Virus record (IMG/VR): IMGVR_UViG_2740892235_000015
Location: 1 to 10,289 of that record
Length of the DNA: 10,289 bases
Direction: 5' to 3' (one strand)
Origin: a virus
Lineage: Duplodnaviria; Heunggongvirae; Uroviricota; Caudoviricetes
The stretch's first letter is position 1, and every line of letters begins with the position of its first letter. The position numbers were made by a program, and so were the translations under genes. The notes under the pieces are model-generated. The model saw only the letters and a program-made list of their open reading frames with translations, did no database searches and was not told the DNA's origin. This document shows positions 1-4,936 of the stretch, piece by piece.

Positions 1-1242
1 ATGGCGAGAAAAACACCCCCATTAACCACAGTACAGATCAAAGCAGCCAGACCAGCAGAAAAGGAATACACCCTACAGGACGGCGGAGGGCTTTTTCTCC
101 TGATCAAACCGTCCGGATCAAAACTCTGGAGATTTTCCTACTACCGACCATCGGACAAAAAAAGAATATTGCTGAGTTTTGGATCGCTTGATGATGTTTC
201 CCTGGCTGATGCCAGAAAACGCCGTAGCGAGTACAGGGCGTTAATTCGTGCCGGAACTGACCCGCAGGACCACGAGAGGCAAAAAAGAGAGACAGAGGCC
301 CGAAGACAAGGGAACACGTTCGAAAATGTGGCAACAGCATGGTACCAGGTGAAAATCAGCCAGAATCTGGCCCCCAATACGATTAAAGACATCTGGCGAT
401 CGCTGGAAAAATATGTATTCCCGTTCATCGGCAACACGCCAATAGACACCCTGACCGCTCGCAGGTTCGTTGAGGTGCTTACCCCCATCAAGGAACGTGG
501 CAACCTGGAAACGCTCAAGCGAGTTTTACAGCGTATAAATGAGGTAATGGATTACGCCGCCAATAGTGGGATGATTGATGCCAATCCGGCTATGAATGTG
601 CGTAAGGCGTTCCCCTCCCCTGTAAAAAAACATATGCCAACAATCCGCCCCGAACAGCTGCCGGAGCTTATGCAGGCTTTATCAGTATCGGCAACAGAAC
701 GGCAGACCAGATTACTGATTGAATGGCAGTTACTGACCGTAACCCGTCCCGTTGAAGCATCGTCGGCACGCTGGGAAGAAATCGACATGGAAGCGCAACG
801 CTGGACCATACCCGCCGGACGCATGAAGATGCGCCGCGACCACGTTATCCCGCTTTGTGACCAGGCTATGGCAGTGCTGGAGGCTATGAAACCAATCAGC
901 CACCACCGCGATTATGTTTTCCCGAGTCTGAAAGACCCACAGCAGCCGATGAACAGCCAGACCGCTAACGCAGCATTACGACGCATGGGATTCGCTGGCG
1001 TGCTGGTGTCTCATGGATTACGCGCCATATTCAGCACAGCAGCGAACGAAGAAGGCTTTGAGCCGGACGTAATAGAGGCCGCACTTGCCCACGTCGACAC
1101 CAACGAAGTCAGACGGGCATACAACCGGAGCAACTACATAGAAAAACGCATCGTGCTTATGCGCTGGTGGGGCGAATTTGTCGAGGCTGCGGCGACGGGC
1201 GTAACCCTCGCCAGTGGTAAAAGGGGTATCCGAGCCGTTTAG
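1..1242 (+). CDS. int: Tyrosine recombinase, P4/CP4-57-type phage integrase
   Basis: 413-aa ORF. C-terminal catalytic signature of tyrosine recombinases (SHGLRAIFSTAANE ... EVRRAYNRSNY with terminal Tyr) and an N-terminal arm-binding-like region. Followed by an alpA-like gene as in P4-like islands. The window starts exactly at its ATG, so the att site would lie upstream, outside the window. Confidence 0.93.
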   Translation: MARKTPPLTTVQIKAARPAEKEYTLQDGGGLFLLIKPSGSKLWRFSYYRPSDKKRILLSFGSLDDVSLADARKRRSEYRALIRAGTDPQDHERQKRETEARRQGNTFENVATAWYQVKISQNLAPNTIKDIWRSLEKYVFPFIGNTPIDTLTARRFVEVLTPIKERGNLETLKRVLQRINEVMDYAANSGMIDANPAMNVRKAFPSPVKKHMPTIRPEQLPELMQALSVSATERQTRLLIEWQLLTVTRPVEASSARWEEIDMEAQRWTIPAGRMKMRRDHVIPLCDQAMAVLEAMKPISHHRDYVFPSLKDPQQPMNSQTANAALRRMGFAGVLVSHGLRAIFSTAANEEGFEPDVIEAALAHVDTNEVRRAYNRSNYIEKRIVLMRWWGEFVEAAATGVTLASGKRGIRAV

Positions 1243-1340
1243 CTGTACAGAAAACCAGTAAAAACTACGAAAACCATTTAAAACCGTCGTATAATTGCAT
1301 CACATTTAACGACGAGGCCTTGAAAAATGAAACTGTTAAG

Positions 1341-1571
1341 ATGCAAACAAATTTCAGATGCAATTGCGACGGGCTGCAACTGGCCCTGATGGTTCAGCAT
1401 GAATTTTGGTCAACCTACGATCCGGAGGACAGAACGACGGCCCCATCAAAAAAACAGGTAGTAGATTTCCTGGTATCCCGTGGGGCTTCCAGAAATCTGG
1501 CTGTAAGTATTGATAAGGTTGTACGTCCGGCATCCATGAAGACCGGAGGCAGGCCAAAAAAATGGCGGTAA
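1341..1571 (+). CDS. Hypothetical small protein (76 aa from ATG 1341; alternative TTG start at 1320)
   Basis: ORF ends 10 nt before a canonical rho-independent terminator. A perfect -10 hexamer TATAAT lies at 1290-1295, with a poor -35. The overlapping minus-strand ORF 1354..1620 has a less protein-like composition. No recognisable domain. Confidence 0.3.
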   Translation: MQTNFRCNCDGLQLALMVQHEFWSTYDPEDRTTAPSKKQVVDFLVSRGASRNLAVSIDKVVRPASMKTGGRPKKWR

Positions 1572-1581
1572 CAATCCTGAA

Positions 1582-1605
1582 AGCGGCAGAAATGCCGCTT
1601 TTTTT
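1582..1605 (+). terminator. Rho-independent terminator
   Basis: Stem AGCGGCA / TGCCGCT (7 bp) with loop GAAA, followed by a run of 7 T. Confidence 0.6.
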
Positions 1606-1632
1606 ATAAATCCCTTTCAAATCATCAATATA

Positions 1633-1720
1633 AAAAACGGTGTATACCGTTTAAAAACGGTGAGTACTGTTTTTCCCTGCATCCGATGATTTACCGTATT
1701 TCTCACCGGAATACACCGGA
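1633..1720 (+). promoter_or_regulatory. Repeat-rich region upstream of alpA (candidate promoter/operator or recombinase-binding sites)
   Basis: Direct repeat AAAAACGGTG at 1633-1642 and 1653-1662 (20-bp spacing). Inverted repeat ACGGT-gtat-ACCGT at 1637-1650. Direct repeat ACCGGA at 1705-1710 and 1715-1720. GAGG SD at 1726-1729, 9 nt before the alpA ATG. Confidence 0.3.
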
Positions 1721-1738
1721 TTAATGAGGTAAATCACG

Positions 1739-1945
1739 ATGGAAGCAATCAAAAAAGTCATCTTTCGCCAGGAAGTAAAAAAACTTATCCACATTAAGGC
1801 AGACAGCACGCTGCAAAGCATGATCAACGCCGGAGAATTCCCGCAGGGTTTTCGTGTCGGTTTGCGCCGTCGCGGATGGTATGAGGAAGACGTAATCGCA
1901 TGGATGAAAGAACGAGAACAAGAAGCGCGCGGAACGACCGCTTAA
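1739..1945 (+). CDS. alpA: AlpA-family helix-turn-helix regulator (prophage excision/transcription activator-like)
   Basis: 68 aa. Sequence pattern typical of the AlpA family (KKLIHIKADSTLQSMINAGEFPQGFRVGLRRRGWYEEDVIAWMKE). Position immediately downstream of int. GAGG SD. Confidence 0.8.
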   Translation: MEAIKKVIFRQEVKKLIHIKADSTLQSMINAGEFPQGFRVGLRRRGWYEEDVIAWMKEREQEARGTTA

Positions 1946-2066
1946 CATATATAGGGCAAATGATGAACATAAAAAAAGCGGCCCCGAAATGGAGCCACCT
2001 TTCTGAACAATTAACCCGCTGCGCCGTATGTGTCAACAATCATAAGCCTGGGCATGATAACCGCGA

Positions 2067-2270
2067 TCAGGCTGGTGGGCAATTATCTTTCTTGTTGGGG
2101 CCGTATTGTGCTGCCATTTTCATCCGTTCAGAACGTGAATATTTTTTTAGAAACTCATCAAGGACAAAAGCGCATGGTGCGAATCTTTCTGATTCATGCT
2201 CGAGCGCCATATTTTCGTGCTCTCTGTTCGTTTTTTGCGATGGTGTATCGGTTGATTCTTTATTGGTCAT
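2067..2270 (-). CDS. Hypothetical small protein (67 aa), second gene of RHH operon 1
   Basis: Minus-strand ORF starting MTNKESTD. Its ATG and first three codons (ATGACCAA) lie inside the conserved R1 element directly downstream of the RHH gene. SD is weak (AGG). No recognisable domain. Confidence 0.45.
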   Translation of the reverse strand: MTNKESTDTPSQKTNREHENMALEHESERFAPCAFVLDEFLKKYSRSERMKMAAQYGPNKKDNCPPA

Positions 2271-2323
2271 TGTGTGTACCTGTAAAGCAATGCGCCGTAG
2301 TACCTCACGCCACGGCGCTGATG
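2263..2323 (-). repeat. R1 copy a: conserved intercistronic element with stem-loop
   Basis: 45-nt core at 2279-2323 is identical to 3460-3504. Contains a hairpin, stem GCGCCGT / ACGGCGC with a 13-nt loop. TTGGTCAT at 2263-2270 (the start-codon region of the downstream minus gene) is also shared, with an 8-nt variable spacer between. Confidence 0.85.
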
Positions 2324-2327
2324 TTTT

Positions 2328-2501
2328 TTATCCTTTGGGTTCAATACCGCGTTGCTGTAATTCTTTTCGGAGTACTCGCTTGATCCAGGTGGCTAAAGAA
2401 GTGTCACCGTCTGCTTTCGCTGCCTCTTCAAGTTGTGCTCTGAATTCTTCTGGTAGCCGCATTTGGTATGGAGGCGATCGCTTTTCCAATGGTGTTGACA
2501 T
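2328..2501 (-). CDS. Ribbon-helix-helix (Arc/MetJ/CopG-type) DNA-binding protein, 57 aa
   Basis: Hand translation of the minus strand gives MSTPLEKRSPPYQMRLPEEFRAQLEEAAKADGDTSLATWIKRVLRKELQQRGIEPKG. The MRLPEEF...L...A......S...WI...L pattern is a classic RHH strand-helix-helix. AAGGG SD 9-10 nt upstream. Not in the supplied ORF track, presumably because it is below the length cutoff. Confidence 0.7.
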   Translation of the reverse strand: MSTPLEKRSPPYQMRLPEEFRAQLEEAAKADGDTSLATWIKRVLRKELQQRGIEPKG

Positions 2502-2541
2502 GGTAATTACCCTTAATTACTATAGTTACATGGTAATTACC
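2498..2541. promoter_or_regulatory. Candidate operator: two copies of the perfect palindrome GGTAATTACC
   Basis: ACATGGTAATTACC at 2498-2511 and 2528-2541, 30 bp centre to centre, with a TAATTAC half-site between them (2514-2520). Lies in the divergent region abutting the RHH start codon and upstream of the rightward leader. Confidence 0.5.
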
Positions 2542-2569
2542 ATTGTACTTACCGTTATACAAAAAACAA

Positions 2570-2611
2570 CGCCCCGCAGTGGTGGCTCACATACGGGGCG
2601 TCTAACCAAAC
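2570..2611 (+). repeat. R2 copy a: leader stem-loop plus conserved TCTAACCAA tail
   Basis: CGCCCCG-ca-GTG-gtggct-CAC-ata-CGGGGCG (2570-2600) followed by TCTAACCAAAC (2601-2611), then GAGG SD and ATG at 2632. Same architecture as 3822-3860. Confidence 0.6.
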
Positions 2612-2631
2612 CATTAATTGAGGTAACGATT

Positions 2632-2718
2632 ATGGCTATAAAAGAGCATAGCTTACTCTTTATACACNNNNNNNNNNTTCGCTGGCGGTTATGCAACTTA
2701 GTGCTGATATGGCGCTGA
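2632..2718 (+). pseudogene. Probable degenerate or interrupted Ash/Icd-like paralog
   Basis: Starts MAIKEHSLLFIH, paralleling the MVAVNHIPHLVH start of the 3881 gene, with the same upstream leader element. Interrupted after 12 codons by the N run. Reads IWR then stop after the gap where the paralog has VWRFLAL. Frame across the gap is unknowable. Confidence 0.3.
2668..2677. other. Run of 10 N (unknown sequence, possible scaffold gap or masked bases)
   Basis: Directly visible in the sequence. Confidence 1.
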
Positions 2719-2767
2719 ATGAGGCCAAAGCTATCCTGATTGCTGATTGTGAAAATGGGGGGGGGTT

Positions 2768-3001
2768 ATGCGTGATGATCGTTTTTATTCCCTGAAACAA
2801 GAATTTTCCGGCGTATCTGATGATGCGGCTGATGCGCTTTCGTCAATGCCAGAACTTATTAGAGCGGCTTTTTTCTTACTTTCCACGAAAGAATATAAAT
2901 CAACGGGACTTGATGTACTGAATATCGCCGCCGATTATGCGGAATATGTGGCAGAGGCGCGTTACAGAAGAAAATTTCCTGAGGATGTAAGCCATGCGTG
3001 A
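2768..3001 (+). CDS. Hypothetical small protein (77 aa)
   Basis: ORF MRDDRFYSLKQEF... with helical, protein-like composition. A G9 homopolymer immediately upstream serves as the SD region. The stop overlaps the start of the next ORF (ATGCGTGA), suggesting translational coupling. The opposite-strand ORF 2859..3116 looks like antisense noise. Confidence 0.5.
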   Translation: MRDDRFYSLKQEFSGVSDDAADALSSMPELIRAAFFLLSTKEYKSTGLDVLNIAADYAEYVAEARYRRKFPEDVSHA

Positions 3002-3210
3002 TATTTACCACGAAACAACAGAACGCGTATTTCTTGCACTTTCTCACAGTGAAAACATGCTGGAAATATTGCGCATATGGCTTGAAACACTTGGCGACAA
3101 TGAACGCGACAAACAAAAATCAAGAATTGTCACGGCATTAATAACGCTTCTTGAGCCTGTAATAAATGAGTTGCAGGAAATAGAGACATTGCACGACAGA
3201 TATAACGAAC
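2994..3210 (+). CDS. Hypothetical small acidic protein (at least 72 aa; 3' end lost in N run)
   Basis: ORF MRDIYHETTERVFLALSHSENMLEILRIWLETLGDNERDKQK..., with GAGGA SD at 2981-2985. Net acidic and helical. Runs into the N run at 3211, so the true stop is undefined. The 292-aa extension in the ORF track is antisense to real minus-strand genes and is not credible. Confidence 0.45.
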
Positions 3211-3220
3211 NNNNNNNNNN
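3211..3220. other. Run of 10 N (unknown sequence, possible scaffold gap or masked bases)
   Basis: Directly visible in the sequence. Lies between convergent genes. Confidence 1.
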
Positions 3221-3223
3221 TAC

Positions 3224-3451
3224 TCATCCTGGCGGGCGATTCTTACGGGACTTTAGCCGCCGTGGGCAGCTTGCTAAAAATGCCTCCAACGCGAATAGTC
3301 CAGGTTTCATTTCTATCGGTATTAGTTGGATATTCAGAGGATTAGCCAGTTCGGCTTCAAGGCGAGCACAGGTTTCTAACTGCCTTTGCCGAATGATTTC
3401 ATCTTCTTGCGTATGCGTGTCTTGTATTGGTGATAGTGTGTTGTTGGTCAT
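3224..3451 (-). CDS. Hypothetical small protein (75 aa), second gene of RHH operon 2
   Basis: Minus-strand ORF starting MTNNTLSP. Start region ATGACCAA is shared with the 2067..2270 gene and embedded in the R1 element. The stop codon is reached before the N run, so the ORF is complete as shown. No recognisable domain. Confidence 0.45.
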   Translation of the reverse strand: MTNNTLSPIQDTHTQEDEIIRQRQLETCARLEAELANPLNIQLIPIEMKPGLFALEAFLASCPRRLKSRKNRPPG

Positions 3452-3504
3452 GGTACTGCCCTGTAAAGCAATGCGCCGTAGTACCTCACGCCACGGCGCT
3501 GATG
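3444..3504 (-). repeat. R1 copy b: conserved intercistronic element with stem-loop
   Basis: 45-nt core at 3460-3504 is identical to 2279-2323. TTGGTCAT at 3444-3451 is also shared. Sits between the stop of RHH gene 2 and the start of the downstream small gene. Confidence 0.85.
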
Positions 3505-3508
3505 GTGA

Positions 3509-3688
3509 TTATTCTGATTCTTTGGCCTTGCGACGCTGGCGGTATTCAACTTCCCGCTTTAATGCAGCTGTAACAAACTGCCCTGTACTTTCGCCGGGCA
3601 TTTTTACCGCCTCAACATTGTTCATAACTTCATGTGGAACCCTTGCCGCAACTGTTTGTGATTTTGCGTTTACTGCTTTTGTCGCCAT
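3509..3688 (-). CDS. Probable ribbon-helix-helix DNA-binding protein, 59 aa
   Basis: From ATG at 3688: MATKAVNAKSQTVAARVPHEVMNNVEAVKMPGESTGQFVTAALKREVEYRQRRKAKESE. RHH-like strand (TVAARVPHEV) followed by two short helices. GAGGGG SD 8 nt upstream. The ORF-track start at 3697 is a GTG. Confidence 0.6.
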   Translation of the reverse strand: MATKAVNAKSQTVAARVPHEVMNNVEAVKMPGESTGQFVTAALKREVEYRQRRKAKESE

Positions 3689-3717
3689 GTTGAGCACCCC
3701 TCATAAAAAACAAATGC

Positions 3718-3814
3718 AGTATGCAGGAAAAAAAATAAGTGTTCAACACTTGACGTGTTTAACACCTCGATTTAAATTGGTGTTCAACACCTTATTTAGG
3801 CAAGGTGTTGAAAC
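3718..3814. promoter_or_regulatory. Divergent promoter/operator region of module 2
   Basis: Rightward sigma70-like promoter: -35 TTGACG (3750-3755), 17-nt spacer, -10 TAAATT (3773-3778). Leftward: -35 TTGAAC (complement of 3741-3746), 17-nt spacer, -10 CATACT (complement of 3718-3723). Inverted-repeat motif GTGTT-N-AACAC at 3739-3749, 3755-3765 and 3780-3790, plus a half-site variant at 3805-3814, overlapping both promoters. Confidence 0.5.
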
Positions 3815-3820
3815 GACGAA

Positions 3821-3860
3821 ACCCCGCACTGTAGGAGCAGTAACGGGGCTTCTAACCAAC
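3821..3860 (+). repeat. R2 copy b: leader stem-loop plus conserved TCTAACCAAC tail
   Basis: CCCCG-c-ACTG-taggag-CAGT-aa-CGGGG (3822-3848) followed by TCTAACCAAC (3851-3860), then AGGAG SD and ATG at 3881. Both stems differ in sequence from copy a but keep the same architecture. Confidence 0.6.
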
Positions 3861-3880
3861 AACGTAAACTAGGAGCCGTT

Positions 3881-4444
3881 ATGGTTGCTGTAAATCATAT
3901 ACCACACCTTGTACACACACAAACTGCCTTTGTGTGGCGTTTTCTGGCCCTGAATATCGGAGAAAAAAACCAGTTGATCGCCAGTGTCGAAAATAGCTAT
4001 GATTCCCGCGCACCTCATAAAACGGGTGTCGGGATTAGCCTCCTGAAAACAACTGAAGCGCACAGCACGCGCCCCGCGTGTTTTTTTGTGCCGCATAGTC
4101 ACACCTTATCAATGGTGGGCTGTACGGGGGCGGAGCAATCCGCGCCGGTTTCTTCAGTGTCCGGTAAGGCTAACCCTGTACAGTCCGCCACCAGCGAAAT
4201 TAGCCTTTTGCGTGGCGGTTATCTTAACCACACTGAGGAGGCTGCCAACATGGCTACTACCCCTGCCCTCGTACATTCTCAAACAGCCTTTATCTGGCGC
4301 TTTATTGCCTTTGGCGCGTCAGACCATCAAATCATCCACGTAACCGCCTGGACGGAACGCGAAGCGCGTAACCGTTGCCCGTACGGTTGTGTTGCTGTGT
4401 TCGCCGCCCGTATTCGTCAGGGGGCGCACCATGCACAATTATGA
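3881..4444 (+). CDS. Tandem-repeat protein, possibly Ash/Icd-like (P4-associated family)
   Basis: 187 aa with an internal duplication: LVHTQTAFVWRFLAL near the N-terminus and LVHSQTAFIWRFIAF around residue 130. AGGAG SD at 3871-3875. An in-frame internal ATG at 4250 is preceded by GAGGAGG (4235-4241). Family assignment is from memory of Icd-like sequences (FxWRF and NRC motifs) and is unverified. Confidence 0.55.
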   Translation: MVAVNHIPHLVHTQTAFVWRFLALNIGEKNQLIASVENSYDSRAPHKTGVGISLLKTTEAHSTRPACFFVPHSHTLSMVGCTGAEQSAPVSSVSGKANPVQSATSEISLLRGGYLNHTEEAANMATTPALVHSQTAFIWRFIAFGASDHQIIHVTAWTEREARNRCPYGCVAVFAARIRQGAHHAQL

Positions 4445-4631
4445 AGCGCACTTACCTGTAGTTCTTAATGTGCCGTCAGATTATACGGGACGCGTTTTGA
4501 TATTTCTCGATAAAGGGAAAGTGAAATCACAATGCCGCCTTAGAAATAATGAGGTTGTTGGTTCTCTGGCTTTTTTTTCTGAGGCCTGTATTCGTGCCGG
4601 AATAAAACTTGAATCACTGACAGGAAAATAA
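4431..4631 (+). CDS. Hypothetical small protein (66 aa)
   Basis: ATG at 4431 preceded by a GGGGG SD. Overlaps the 3' end of the upstream gene by 14 nt. No recognisable domain. Confidence 0.4.
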   Translation: MHNYEAHLPVVLNVPSDYTGRVLIFLDKGKVKSQCRLRNNEVVGSLAFFSEACIRAGIKLESLTGK

Positions 4632-4636
4632 AAACC

Positions 4637-4936
4637 ATGAAAAAGAAAAATTCTGGCTTTACTGCCAGTGACTTCTCTCGGCCTGAAATCCGCCCCGGCG
4701 ATATTTTCCGTGATAACTACGGCGGTACGGTAACGATTAAAGGCGTGGCAGAACGGCGCATCACCTACCGTCGTGAAGGCTACGAATATGATTGCGTGAT
4801 GCCTGTTTATCAGTTCCGGCGTGATTTTTCTCTGGTACAGACCGCGCCGCATAACGTGCCCACCTGCAGGGAGAAAGCACGCGCCAATATTCAGAAGATG
4901 AAAAACATGATTAACGGATTCAGGGGCAAGAAATGA
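4637..4936 (+). CDS. Hypothetical protein (99 aa)
   Basis: ORF with AGGAAA SD-like sequence. Its stop overlaps the start of the replication ATPase gene (ATGA), suggesting co-translation within the replication operon. Confidence 0.5.
   Translation: MKKKNSGFTASDFSRPEIRPGDIFRDNYGGTVTIKGVAERRITYRREGYEYDCVMPVYQFRRDFSLVQTAPHNVPTCREKARANIQKMKNMINGFRGKK

Noticed and set aside
104-824. Minus-strand ORFs 104..340, 141..518 and 552..824 inside the integrase gene
   Set aside because: They are antisense to a well-supported integrase CDS, lack SD sequences and have low-complexity, Cys/Ser-rich composition.
1354-1620. Minus-strand ORF of 88 aa in the int-alpA intergenic region
   Set aside because: Overlaps the plus-strand small ORF that is backed by a terminator. 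Its composition (W, P, C-rich) is less protein-like and it has no SD.
1721-2039. Minus-strand ORFs 1721..1948 and 1824..2039 antisense to alpA
   Set aside because: Antisense to a recognisable AlpA-family gene; no supporting signals.
2292-2330. R1 copy a hairpin as a plus-strand rho-independent terminator for alpA read-through
   Set aside because: The T-tract is 5 nt from the stem rather than adjacent, the second copy has no T-tract, and no plus-strand gene ends there.
1900-2718. Long plus-strand ORFs 1900..2718 (272 aa) and 2030..2383 (117 aa)
   Set aside because: They run antisense through the RHH gene and the MTN small gene, cross an N run, and have Cys/Ser-rich composition. The minus-strand genes are better supported.
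2859-3116. Minus-strand ORF of 85 aa opposite the two acidic plus-strand ORFs
   Set aside because: Cys/Phe/Lys-rich composition with no SD. The plus-strand ORFs have SD sequences and a coupled overlap.
2994-3872. 292-aa extended form of the ORF starting at 2994
   Set aside because: Beyond the N run it is antisense to two supported minus-strand genes, and its frame across the gap is arbitrary. Only the part up to 3210 is kept.
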